Shown here piece by piece: positions 13,178-25,224 of a DNA stretch of 64,000 nucleotides. The notes under the pieces were generated by a model. It worked only from the letters and a program-made list of their open reading frames with translations, was not told the origin of the DNA and ran no database searches. How positions within the stretch are numbered: the first letter of the stretch is position 1; the number at the start of each line of letters is the position of its first letter. Position numbers and translations under genes: made by a program. The stretch comes from Octopus vulgaris. Its lineage: Eukaryota. Where the stretch lies: assembly GCA_951406725.2 (NCBI GenBank), contig OX597833.1, positions 19,964,001 to 20,028,000 on the forward strand, in the 5' to 3' direction.

Positions 13178-14100
13178 GTGATTATCCTTGGAAATATAAT
13201 ATAATTCAGATTTTTTTTTTTTTTTGAAGGTATCCTGTAGTAAAACTAGGAAGAGTGCTGCTATTATTATTAAAGACGATTACACTGTCCCAATCAGATT
13301 AAAAGCTGAATAGAAAATAATACAAACATGCACACATACCATTGAATCTACCAAACTAGCTTTCTTTATATATATATATATTTTTTTAATTATATTATAT
13401 ATCATATATAAAATGTATGTATGAAATCAGTGTATGTGTAAATGAAAATAAAATAACACGGCCAAACCTTATACCACGGAGAGTGAGAAACAGCTGTTTC
13501 AATAAGACTGATTTCTGGCTTTTGTTTTCCTTTTGCTTTCATTCCCCTCTACGCAGGTTTTCCCCGCTTTTGTCTTTGGTACTTTTCGTATTCATACAAA
13601 TTAAAGCGATAGACTCTGTATATATATATAATGTGTGTGTGGTTACAGGAAGTAAGAGAAGGAGAAACAGGCACCAAAAAGGGAAGAGAAAGATAGAAAA
13701 ATATTGAGCTTCAGTCAGTGCGAGATGGAAAAAACGGAAAGCTAAAAAGACCTGTGAAGTTTATACATATATGTATATATATTATATATATATGATGCTT
13801 TCTTTCTTTTCCTTTTTATCAAAAACAGATCGGAACAATTCAACTTTTTCCCTCTTAATAAAACATAGAAAAGCGACCAACTTACTATTGTTACAACCGC
13901 CGCCGTTGCCTGCTACTGTCGTTGTTGCTTTCAACGAAAAAGGTGGCGTGATTACTGCTGACAACAAACAGGTAGCAACAAGAATAGAACCTGCTGCTGA
14001 TACCAAGTCAGTGCTCTTCAGAAGCTACCGGTAATCATTATCCAGAGCAATTATTAATTAGAAAGATTTATCATCATCATCATTAGCCATTCGTTTTTAT
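9180..14100 (-). promoter_or_regulatory. SINE-free, CpG-retaining block; candidate promoter or 5' exon region
   Basis: About 5 kb with no SINE or LINE copy (only a Helitron and microsatellites), many intact CpGs, minus-strand donors AAG|GTAAGC (10348) and CAA|GTATGT (about 12794). Confidence 0.4.
11793..12282 (-). mobile_element. Non-autonomous Helitron, 490 bp
   Basis: Minus strand starts A|TCTCTTATTATAAAAGG and ends CCCGAGCAACGCCGGG-CGATACTG-CTAG|T: 5'-TC, subterminal GC hairpin, 3'-CTAG, insertion between A and T. Confidence 0.85.
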
Positions 14101-14149
14101 TTTAAATTATCATTGCTATTATTTTAACAATTGAAGTTCATTATAATAT

Positions 14150-14233
14150 ATCATTATCATTATTATTATTATTATTATAGTTAATAATAAAATATTATTA
14201 TTATTATTATTATTATTATAGTTAATAATAAAA

Positions 14234-14264
<31 letters not shown>

Positions 14265-14420
14265 GTTAATGATAAAATATTATTATTGTTACTGTTAATA
14301 ATAAAAATATTATTGTTGTTATTGTTAATAATAAAATATTATTATTATTGTTATTATAGTTAATAATAAAATATTATTGTTATTGTTAATAATAAAAATA
14401 TTATTATTATTATTATTATT
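14150..14420. repeat. (ATT)n-derived minisatellite, unit GTTAATAATAAAATATT(ATT)n
   Basis: About 8 units visible. Confidence 0.9.
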
Positions 14421-15759
14421 ACAACAAAAGATCTTAAAATGTGAGTTCCCTTCCTACCTGGCTCTTTATTTGTAACAAACACACATACCTGCACGCACAC
14501 CACACATACACACACATACAGTAAATGGTTGTGGTGTCACCGAAAATATTTATTGAATGTAAATTGAAAAGTCGAAAATTTGTTTAGGAAAAGACAATCT
14601 GAATTTAAGAACAAGTTGGAATGGCAGAGAGCTTTCTTTGTATGGTGTCCAAATTCAAATCTCGCTACATATGGTGTCCAACTTACTAGTTTATCTCTAA
14701 AACTATTATAGCAGCAAGTTACAGATTTATGTCAAGGTGGTTGTCCATCAACACTTAATAATTCTCACATATGAAAAGCGATGCAAATATATGCTGTACC
14801 AGTAAATATCCAGTAAATATTTAAAAAATGCATTGTTACTCTGCCCGAAAAGATAGGAGCTAATCACACTGACTATCTCAAAGGAAGCAGTGATTTTTCA
14901 ATGATAAAGTTTGTATTTAAGACACTTCAGTTAGAAAGTCAAACATCTCTCTTAATACAATGACCTTGGGATAAAAATAACAAAAATATGGAATATGGAG
15001 ATAGGATCTGTAGTTGTGATTTCAAGAGATGCAGGAGTAAATGAATTCAAAACAAACTGAAGAATTTCTACACCAATCTTTTTCTATGAAAATTCCTAAA
15101 GATAAGACTTTCCAGAGAGGTCATACAATTTTAGGATACAATAACAAAGAATAAATTAAGTTAAAAAAATCTTTGTTGGGATACTTGGCAACTTTCACAC
15201 TGTTTTCTTTCTATATATATTCTAGCAGATAAGAATTCTGGTTTTATAATGTGTGGTCAAACTGCAGTCAAAGGAAAGCCTGATTGAAATGAAACAGACA
15301 TAGCCAGGAATATGGTACTAGCAAACAAAAAGGCCTACTATTGAACAATGAGATGTTACTAACATTCTGGTTATTGGTTACAAGGTTATTATAAATAAAT
15401 TGCCGCAAGGACAATGATCAAATTTGAGGGAAGGCTGTCATCAGTCACCATCCATTAGGCATGGGTTGGACGGTTTGACTGAAACTGGTAAGCTGTAGAG
15501 CTTCACCAGACTCCAGTCAGATTTGGCTTAGATCCAATAGCTGGATGCCCTTCTGAATGCCAAGACGTATTGGGTGCTTTTTATGTGCCAGTTATGTGAC
15601 ACTGGCATTGGCCATGACTATGATTTCACTAGGCTTGATGAGTCTTCTCAAGCACAGCATATCACCAAAGGTCTCGGTCACTTATCACTGCCTTCATGAG
15701 GCCCAATGTTTGAAGGGTGCTTTTTACAAGCCACCAGCATGGGTGCCAGTTATGTAACA

Positions 15760-16110
15760 CTGGACCATATCTTTACACACAATACAACTGGTATATGATG
15801 TAATTTACTGATGATAATTCTTATTTTATCAATCCACAAAGGATAAAAGACAAAGTCAACCTTGGCAGAATTTGAAATCAGAATGTAAGACGCCAGAAGA
15901 AACTCCACTAAGCATTTAGTATGATGTGCTAAGGGTTCTGCCAGCTTGCTTTAGTTATTATTTATTGGTAATAAGGCAGAAAGCTGGCAAAATCGTTAGC
16001 ACACTGGGCAATATACTCAGCAGTATTTCATCTGTCCTTACATTCTGAGTTCAAATTCCACCAAGGGTCAATAAAATAGGTACCAGTTGAGAACTGGGGT
16101 TGATTCAATT
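15760..16110. mobile_element. Two degenerate SINE-B copies head to head
   Basis: Minus copy 15785-15950 and plus copy 15975-16110 with AGCTGGCAAAATCGTTAGCAC...TTCTGAGTTCAAATTCC. Confidence 0.7.
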
Positions 16111-16884
16111 GACTTGCTTATTACTAACCTTTTTTTAAGAATGCAAGGGTTGAGATGGTTGCTTTGTCTGATTGGTAGAGAACTATGAGTGTCTGGCAAC
16201 AGTCCAGATGCCTCATCTTGGTGTTTGCTTGGCTCAGAACAGTAGCTCCATCAAAGAAACAATCATCATTCATTACCATCACTGTTTAATGTCCATTTTC
16301 CATGCAGGTATGGAATGGATGATTTGACAGGAGCCAACAAACCAGAGGTCTGCACTAAACTCCAATGTCTGCTTCCTTTGGCATAGATCCTACAACTGAA
16401 TACTCTTCCTAATGCCAACCACTTCACAGAGTGTTGTAGGTGCTTTTTAGGTAACACTGGCACTAGTGAGGTCACCAAGCAACTCACAAGATGTGACCCC
16501 TCAACTGAGGGAGGAGTGCAGTGTTGAGGGAGCTGACTTTATACCACCAAGAAAAACATGCCTTCCAAACTGAGATCACAGCTTCTGTTTCTGCAAATGC
16601 CAACATTTCAGCGCTTGCCAGAGCATCGTCGACCACAATCTAATTTACAAACACATATGCACAAGGCCACACCATTTGGTCGGAGGTGAGCAATTGATTA
16701 CATCAACACAAGTATTTGACTAACAGTTCATTGACCCTAGAAGGATGAATAATAAGGCTGACCTGCAAATTTAAAAGCATGTAACGAAATAGGGTTTTAT
16801 CTCAAGTTCTGTTGATTCTGCTTTCCACTGCCCTAATTGTATTACAATGATGGTTCTGTGTTGATATCTATATCATTTATCTTT

Positions 16885-17240
16885 TTCTTGTTTCAGTTAT
16901 TAGACTGTGGCCATACTGGGGTACCATCTTAAAGAGTTTTAGTTGAATGAATTGATCCTAGTACTTTTTCTTCTTTTTTTATAGGCTAATATTTATTCTA
17001 TCAGTCTCTTTTGCTAAACTGTTTAGTTACAGTTTGTAAACACACCAATACCAATTGTCAATTCATATTGGGGGACAAACACAGGCACACACACACAAAT
17101 ATATACAACAGTCATCTTTCAGTTTCTCTCAACCAAATCCACTCTCAAGGCTTTGGTCAGCCTAAGGCTGTAGTAGAAGACACTTGAACCCAGAACCATT
17201 TGGATGGGAAGAAAAATGTTTACCGCCCAGCCACACCTGT
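16885..17240 (-). mobile_element. SINE-A, degenerate
   Basis: Matches the family consensus with an internal deletion. Confidence 0.8.
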
Positions 17241-17364
17241 GATCAAAATACATAAATAAATAAAAATAAAAACAAAAGAAAAATCACTTGAAGTGAAACT
17301 ATAGAGATTTCAATTAGTAATAATTTGAAGAACAAAACACAATCACATCAACATATCAAAACAT

Positions 17365-17424
17365 GAGATTGAACCAGCAGCCTTTATAATCTCCAGTCTA
17401 ACACTCAACTGTTTTAGCTATCTG
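17365..17424 (-). pseudogene. Degenerate tRNA-Phe-like sequence (pseudogene or SINE head)
   Basis: Minus strand GATAGCTAAAACAGTTGAGTGTTAGACTGGAGATTATAAAGGCTGCTGGTTCAATCTC resembles the tRNA-Phe D arm to T arm; no intact acceptor stem. Confidence 0.45.
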
Positions 17425-17934
17425 TAAACACCTTCATAATTTATGTGAAATATATTTACTACCATTAAAATGAGAATATTTTGCTAGAGTACATAAAATA
17501 ATGAAGAGACACACACACACACAAAAAAAAAAAACTCATTCCTTCTCCACCTCCTCCTTTAATGTCCATTTTCCATGCTGGTATGGGATGGGTGGTTTGA
17601 CAGGAACAAGCAAGTCAAAAGACTACATCAAGCTCTGCTGTTTGTTTTGTTGTGGCTTCTATGGCTGGGTGCCCTTCCTAATGCCAACCACTTTACAGAG
17701 AGTACCAAATGCTAAAAATTCAAAATATACCATGTTTGATGGCTTATAAGACACACTTTCTATATCCTTTTCAAAAAATATGTCTCAAAAAAATCCCCCT
17801 GGGTCCTATATGCAAAGTTGGGCTTCCCATCAACTAAATTTGTTCCTGATGCTCACTATTATAAGTTAATTTTAATCCACACAGTCTCTTCTCGTATCCT
17901 GACTTATTTTTGATTGAGACTTCTAGCAATTGTG

Positions 17935-18597
17935 CTTGAGAAGACATGTCAAGCTAAGTGAAATTGTGGTTGTGGCCAATGGTGGTGACACAAAAAATGG
18001 CACTCGTACCAGTGATACATAAAAGGTACCAATTTCAGTGACATGTAAAAGGCACCTGTGCCATTATCACATAAAAGGTTCCTGTGCTGGTGACATGTAA
18101 AAGGCACCCATTTCAGTGACATGTAAAAAGCACCTGTGCTGGTGGCATGTAAAAGACACCTGTGTCAGTGACACTTACAAGGCACCTGTGCCGGTGTGAC
18201 ATGTAAAAGATAACCATGCCAGTGACACATAAAAGGTATCTGTGCTGATGACACATAAAAGGGCACCCGTGCCAGGGACATGTAAGAGGCACTCTTGCTG
18301 ATGACACATGAAAGTCATCCATGCCTGTGAAAGATAAAAGGTACCCATGTTGGTGACATGTATAAGGCACTTGTGCCAGTGACACATAAGAGGGCACCTG
18401 TGCAGGTGATATATTGAAGACATCCAGTAGACTCTGTAGAATGGCTGGTATCAAGAAGAGCATCCATCCAGAGAAACCAAGCCAAAACAGACAACTTGAG
18501 CCTGGAACAGCTCTCCGGCTTACTAGCTCTGGTCAAACAATCTAATCCATGCCAGCATGGAAAAATGGACATTAAGTTATGACGATGATGATGATGA
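17935..18597 (+). repeat. RTE 3'UTR-derived element with an expanded ~26-bp minisatellite, inside a pogo-like MITE (about 17728-18760)
   Basis: About 15 units of GTGCCAGTGACA(C/T)(A/G)TAAAAGGCACC at 17990-18410, then the RTE tail and (GAT)n; flanking TIR-like GGCTTATAAGACACAC / GTGTGTCTTTTATGCC. Confidence 0.75.
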
Positions 18598-19435
18598 GTA
18601 ATGTTTTCTGCTATAGCTCAAGTACTTTTGTAATATTTTGTAATGTTAGATTGTGTTAAATATTACATGCTTTAATGCACTAAAATCTTTTTACTTCCAA
18701 ATATGTGATGTTGAAATTGGGTGCAGCTAATAAGCCAGTGTGTCTTTTATGCCATAACAGGTTTGTTGTGTTTTACATAATTTTACAGATTTCTTTTAAA
18801 TGTTTTAGATTTGTCAGAAATCTATATATTTACACAGGACAGAAGTATTGAATCTATTGCAAATTCATAAACACTTTTACCCTAAGTCAAGTCAGACTTT
18901 GGTAAACGCACACAACAATTCAGACACCAATTCGGCCCGCTGAAAATAGTAGTTAAAACTCTCACAGATCACATCTTTAAATGAAGGCAACTTTTGTACA
19001 TAGTTCCTGAAATGCAAATGTCTTTCATTACAGTTTTTCAACTAATTTATTTTCAAATAATTTTTCATACATGCAGGTATGGCTGTGTGGTAAGAAGCTT
19101 GCTTCCCAACCACATCGCTTCAGGTTCAATCCCATTATATGGCACCTTGGGCAAGTATCTTCTACCAAAGCCTTAGGCCATGTGAGTGGATTTGGTAGAC
19201 AGAAACTGAAAGAAGCCCATTATGTGTGTGTGTGTGCGTCTATGTCTATGTGTGTGTGTGTGTATCTTTGTGTCCGCTTCACAACTGGTGTTGGCAAGGG
19301 CTTGGGAATGGGGTGCAATGGGTGCACTTGCACTCACTAAAATTTTGTAGGGGTACAAAATTCAATATTATACCCACTACTCACCTTTTTCAGATTTAGA
19401 AAATAGTGTTTTAAAAAGTGATCAGTAAAAAGTTG

Positions 19436-19478
<43 letters not shown>

Positions 19479-19496
19479 ATACACACACACACACAC

Positions 19497-20344
19497 ACGA
19501 CAGAAGTAAATAGACACCCAATAAAACATTGTTTTATGTTTATTTTAACTTGAAAAGGTTTATATTTTCTATTAATTGACATTTTCTATTTATGCCTGTT
19601 CAATCATTCCGTGTACAAAAAAAACCTTGGAACTGTCCGTATTTCAAGGCGGACTTAGCGTAAAGTCGCAGATAACCTTGGGATCCCACTTTCTACAGTT
19701 AATAGAGTGATTGTGCAATTCACCAGAGAGGGGAAGGATTCCACATCACCTCACCCAATCAACCAGAGCCGTTTTGTTAAGAAAAGTGTTGAGGATAAAC
19801 CTCATTGCAATGCTTCTGGCATAACAAAACAAGTTGATGTCAGTCCCAGAACAGCTGTCAGGTATCTCAACAAACTTGGCTATTATGGTAGAGCAGCAAG
19901 AAGGAATCAACTTCTTCAACCAGCCAATATGAAGTGGAGAATAGGGTCCTTGCATTGAAAAATGCGAAGGGCATGTTGACTAAATATTAAATATTTACAT
20001 TTGCGAAGGCCTTTGACAAAGTCGACCACGGAGTGATATGTCACAAATTACTCAGACTCGGCATAACAGGAAAAGTAGGTGAAATGTGCAGACGACTCAC
20101 TGGCTGGATCCTGAGGACATTCCGGACAAGAGACTGCGAGACCATGTTGACACTATGGAGGACATTTGTCCTAAGCCACCTAGACTACTGCTCCCAACTG
20201 TGGTCACCGCATAGTGTCAAACTAACCAACTTAGAGAGGCATTGCCTCAGCCGGAGAGTATTATAACAGTTGATAAATAATTTGAATGCATAATTTCAGA
20301 TTTAAATAAATTTTAACGATTGTAAGGGTGTCTATTTCTGTCAT
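19497..20344 (+). mobile_element. Internally deleted Tc1-like element with a transposase N-terminal fragment
   Basis: TIR-like GACAGAAGTAAATAGACACCC / GGGTGTCTATTTCTGTC; peptide [15 protein letters not shown]...[22 protein letters not shown] typical of Tc1 HTH domains. Confidence 0.75.
19990..20230 (+). mobile_element. Internally deleted fragment of the CR1-group LINE
   Basis: FAKAFDKVDHGVICHKL..LGITGKVGE fused to CRRLTGWILRTFRTRD.ETMLTLWRTFVLSHLDYCSQLWSP; homologous to 2415-2490 and 1800-1940. Confidence 0.9.
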
Positions 20345-21334
20345 ATCTTTGTTTAAATAACAACAATATAACAACCACAACAACTCTTCAATTCTAGCAC
20401 AATTGATGAATTCCATAATCAAGAGCCCTTCACAGTTCAGTTATCACTTCCTCATTTCCTTGGAATAGCACAAGTGATCCCTCATCATCATTGTCATCAT
20501 GTTCTACTGCTACTGCACTTACCACAACTAAACAATAGCAACAACAAGATCAGTGTCGAAAGCCACTCTTCAATACGAGAACAATTGATGACCTATTAAA
20601 CTCCACAATCAAGTGCCATCATCATGTCGGAAGCCTGTGTTTGTTGCATCAAGCGAGAGAATGTTCAGCAAACTTCGCTGTTTGAAGACCTGATTCTGTA
20701 CCACAATGATGCAACACTGTCAGACACACTGTGTTGTAATGTATGAACATAAAAACTTGTGCAACGAAAACACTTTGGACATCCTCTAGGAAAACTTCAT
20801 CATCAAAATAAGCGAATATAGAATAAATTTTGGAATGATTTTGAAGCATTACTTTTCCATATATAATGATAAAAAAAATTATTACATCTATGTTTTGATA
20901 TTAAGATAGAAAAGAAATTGGCCTTGTTTGTAACAAAATTTGGACCTGAGTCTGCACCCTGTAATAAATTTTGTTCCTGAGCCACTGGTTGTCGGTGTAT
21001 TTACATACCCTTAACTAAGCGGTTTGGCAAAAGAGACCAATAAAATAAGTACTAGGCTTAAACAAAATTAAATCGTGGGGTCAATTTATTTATCTAAGAC
21101 CTTTCATTGCGGTGCCCCATCATGGCTGCAGCCAAATGACTAAAACAAGTAAACGGTAGAAGATAAATGAGAAAATTTCCCCTCAAATCGCACCATACCA
21201 TTTTAAATTAGGAAAAGACTCATTATGAAAACTGATGAGATAATATACACAGAGTCATAGGTGGTACCAGTCAGTTATATAGACTATGGAGAGCATCTGC
21301 AGAGAAAGATGAAGAGCAACTGCTGAAATGAGTG

Positions 21335-21680
21335 TTGCTTCCCAACCACATGGTTCTGGGTTCAACCCCACTGCATGGCATTTTGGGCAAGTGTCTTCTG
21401 CTATAGCACTGGTCTGACCAAAGCCTTATGAGTGGATTTGGTAAATGGAAACTGAAAGGATGTTGTGTATGTGTGTGTGTATGTGTCTTTGTTTCCCATC
21501 ACCACTTGACAACCAGTGTTGGCAAGTTTACATCTCTGTAAATTAGCAGTTTGGTTAGACTGATAGGATAAGTGCCAGCCCAGCCCAAAAAAACAATAAG
21601 TGTTGGGGTCAATTTGTTTGACTTATATTCTTCAAGGTGGTGCCCCAGCTGAGTAACAGTCTCATGACTGAAACAAAAGA
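21335..21680 (+). mobile_element. SINE-A, 5'-truncated and diverged
   Basis: Consensus match. Confidence 0.8.
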
Positions 21681-21842
21681 TATATATATATAAAATACAA
21701 AATGGGACAAGAATGCAAAACATCCGGACAGCTAGGTGATACAAAAAGGGACAACAAAACATCCAGATAGACGATACAGAGAAAACAAGGACGGGTCATT
21801 CGAAGCCCTCTATCCTCAATCAAGCACCAGATTATCCTTGCA

Positions 21843-22051
21843 ATTTCGGCTGATTATTCTTGAGATTGCTCCAATCTGGCCAGCCCCAAGGAAAAACTAA
21901 GCTAAGAGCATTAGATTCATTGGAAGAAAGCAGCGAATGTATACAAAAACAAGGACAGAAAAAAATGGACAAAGTTACACAAATATAAATACAATAATAA
22001 ATACAATAAAAATAACAGGACATAAAAACAGGTGTCTTTCGACTAAGGACG

Positions 22052-22117
<66 letters not shown>

Positions 22118-22285
22118 TTCGGCTGATTATTCTTGAGATTGCTCCAATCTGGCCAGCCCCAAGGAAAAACTAAGCTAAGAGCATTAGATTCATTGGAAGA
22201 AAGCAGCGAATGTATACAAAAACAAGGACAGAAAAAAATGGACAAAGTTACACAAATATAAATACAATAATAAATACAATAAAAA
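21843..22285. repeat. Near-identical ~165-bp direct duplication (21843-22010 and 22116-22285) separated by (TA)n
   Basis: TTCGGCTGATTATTCTTGAG...AATACAATAAAA occurs twice; possibly a Penelope pLTR-type relic. Confidence 0.9.
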
Positions 22286-22369
22286 TGGATAGATATATAG
22301 ATATATACACACACAGAGACATATACATATATATATAAACATATGCACAGACATATATATATATATATA

Positions 22370-22841
22370 TTATGGAGATGTACTTGCATAGCAAGTGACC
22401 TGATCTGAGATCATATCCTGAAACAAAAACAATTGCAGCACGGAAGGTGTTTATAAGCCATTTAAAAACACACAAAAACCGTTAGATTTACTTGAACATT
22501 TAAATTCAATTTGTCAAAATATTTTCGTTGCTTTGAAACCACAGCCTGTTCACTGACAAAATTCTGTGCTATATATATATATATTCAAAAACAATTGCAG
22601 CGTGGAAAGGTGTTTATAAGCCATTTAACTTCCATGCTACAGCACAGAATTTTGTCAGTGAACAGGCTGTGGTTTCAAAGCAATGAAAATATTTTGACAA
22701 ATTGAATTTAAATGTTCAAGTAAATCTAACGGTTTTTGTGTGTTTTTAAATGGCTTATAAACACCTTCCGTGCTGCAATTGCTTTTGTTTCAGGATACGA
22801 TCTCAGATCAGGTCACTTGCTATGCAAGTACATCTCCATAA
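22370..22841. repeat. Foldback A: ~200-bp inverted arms with a variant hammerhead motif
   Basis: Arms 22370-22570 and 22641-22841; motif TTTGTCA-GTGAACA-stemII-GAAA-ATAT-TT-TGACAAA at 22651-22701. Confidence 0.9.
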
Positions 22842-22860
22842 TATATATATATATATATAT

Positions 22861-23283
22861 ATAATTAGTGAATGGAAGAAATGGAGTTGAACGAAGATTG
22901 TATAGAATTCCTTTTATTACATTCTACACATGTTTCAAAGGCCACAATTTTCCAAATTCTGATTAAATAAGGATACCATATTGCAGCTTTCTCTTCAGGA
23001 AAAAGCAGGAATTACGTTGATAGAACAAAACAAAACAGAGGCGCAGGTTTAACCATGGGCTCTTAAGGAGCGTCCTCGTTCGAATTGCTTTGCTGCGCCT
23101 CTGCTCTGTTTTGTTTTGTTCTGTCAACGTAATTCCTGCTTTTTCCTGAAGAGAAAGCTGCAATATGGTATCCTTATTTAATCAGAATTTGGAAAATTGT
23201 GGCCTTTGAAACATGTGTAGAATGTAATAAAAGGAATTCTGTACAATCCTCGTTCAACTCCATTTCTTCCATTCACTAATTAT
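22861..23283. repeat. Foldback B: ~185-bp inverted arms with a hammerhead motif; right arm continues as unique sequence to about 23440
   Basis: Arms 22861-23046 and 23093-23283. Confidence 0.9.
23143..23222 (+). ncRNA. Minimal type-I hammerhead ribozyme motif (mirror copy on minus strand about 22922-23000)
   Basis: TTC-CTGAAGA-GAAAGCTGCAAT...ATTGTGGCCTTT-GAAAC-ATGT-GTA^GAA; palindromic ACATGT at stem III. Confidence 0.65.
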
Positions 23284-23436
23284 ATTAAACTTCAATTATC
23301 CGCACCAACGCACGGTTGCAACACCAAATGGTCTTATCTCCAACCGTGTTTTTTTCTGCTGTGATTTTTGCTACCCAGGTATCGGTTAAACTTTTGAATA
23401 ATCTGTAACAAGAAAATTCATCTTTCCATTTCAACA

Positions 23437-23490
<54 letters not shown>

Positions 23491-23614
23491 TGTGCATATG
23501 TTTATATATATATGTATATGTCTGTGTGTGTGTATATATCTATCTATCTATATATATATAATAAAGGTAGCTTGTTCGCAATTTACAACCAGAAGGCAGA
23601 AGTGACATACATGC

Positions 23615-23661
<47 letters not shown>

Positions 23662-23848
23662 TACATGTGTGTGTATTGCATTATCGTAAAGACTCTCAGA
23701 AAACAGCAGATGTGGGGGTGGAAGTGATTCTACAGATATAATAATTGTTCGCTTATTTTCATATTTTCAATAATTCTAAAAGTATACATATTTCAATTCT
23801 TCAAATAAAACTCATGAAAAGCAAAAAAAAGAAAAACAATAAGGGAAA

Positions 23849-23893
<45 letters not shown>

Positions 23894-24907
23894 TACTATC
23901 ACATGAACTGTTATGTTGTTCTATTTTATATGGTAAACTGAACCAGTAGGTGTGAACTAAAATACTCTACATCTACAATTAATTCTATTCATCAGAATAT
24001 GCCTTATTTGCTTCAATGCTGTTATTTTTCTGTTTTCTGTTGTTTTCCCCCCGAAAAGTGATTCACATAAAATTATTCAATCTTCATAAAATTCAGATAT
24101 TCCAGAGCAGATAAATGCTTTAAGTACACCAACGAAAGAATGTCGATTTCTGAATAGTCCACTTTGCATAACAATCTCCAACTGTTAGAAAAGGTGATAC
24201 TATGTTAGGGCGAGGTCAGAACAAGCATTATAGAAACTACTGTATTTCATAACCCAATTCTCACAGATTTTAAGTAGATGATGATGATGATGATGATGAT
24301 TTAACAATAAAAGGTGGGAGATGCAATATTTACATTGCACTAAAACTGGTTAGCCTTTATTCATCAATTATATCATTTTGACCCTCACCAATTTTCAACA
24401 CATTTCACCATTTGCTGAACAAGAGAATTGCTACCATTTCCCTTACTCCAATCTTCTTGCAACACAAAATATAACTAAACTGTCACCAAACATTCTTTTT
24501 GTCTACAAAACTAGTTTCTTTCTCTCATATATATATATATAATCTACTAATTACTTCAGCCCACTGGAGTGATAAAGGTAGAATGAGGTATTTTTCTATT
24601 CTTGTATGTTATATATTTTAATAATTACTGATATCTTTATATATTATATATGTAAAGCATATTTTATATATGTATGTATACTGTTATTATTGTTATAATT
24701 GTCCTTTTAGTAAATAAATAAATAAATTGACATAACATAATATAATGTCTAAAAGTTGATGAATACCACCTATTGATCCCCTCCATTTTCTTATTGCTCT
24801 CTCTCTCTATATATATATATAAATATATACACATACACAAACACACACACGTGTGAGTGGACAATGAAAGAAAGGCACTAAACACATTTAGCGAGAGTTA
24901 CATCTAT

Positions 24908-25224
24908 GGATCAAAACAGTTTGATACAAATTCGTTAGTACTCCGAGTTTCAAGCGTGATGCTAATCTTCAGCCATTTTGAATTTGAATGAAAGAAGTTG
25001 ATTGTTATTACCATAAGGTGGTCAAGAAAAGTCGTGACACCATGTGACCTATCACGACACCACATGACCTTCCTTGACACCATAAGACTGTCTGCAACCA
25101 ATCGCAGCCCACCTTATGGTAATAATAATCAGCTTCTTTCATTCAAATTCAAAATGGCTGAAGATTAGCATCATGCTTGAAACTCTTGGAGTACCAATGA
25201 ATTTGAATCAAACTGTTTTGATCC
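24908..25224. repeat. Foldback C: ~115-bp inverted arms; spacer has three ~21-bp GACACCA..GAC units
   Basis: Arms 24908-25021 and 25109-25224. Confidence 0.9.
25155..25196 (+). ncRNA. Minimal type-I hammerhead ribozyme motif (mirror copy on minus strand about 24932-24972)
   Basis: TGG-CTGAAGA-TTAGCATCATGCTT-GAAACTC-TTG-GAGTA^CCA; stems I, II and III can all be drawn. Confidence 0.7.

Larger units (their letters stand above)
19295..20987. mobile_element. hAT-type DNA transposon relic
   Basis: Imperfect TIRs CAAGGGCTTGGGAA / TTCCTGAGCCACTG; degenerate 8-bp TSD GGTGTTGG / GTTGTCGG. Confidence 0.6.
19072..21165 (+). mobile_element. SINE-A split by a 1.7-kb insertion
   Basis: Head 19072-19294; body and tail resume at 20988. 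Confidence 0.75.

Noticed and set aside
13771-14034. ORFs over the GC-richer patch
   Set aside because: They start in microsatellite or at TTG just after an in-frame stop; more consistent with UTR or promoter sequence
17990-18410. CRISPR-like look of short regularly spaced repeats
   Set aside because: Contiguous degenerate tandem units with no unique spacers, eukaryotic context, no cas genes
21790-21895. Hammerhead in the duplicated segment (minus GGCTG...CAGCC-GAAA)
   Set aside because: A stem and GAAA are present but I found no acceptable CUGANGA-type core, so it was not counted
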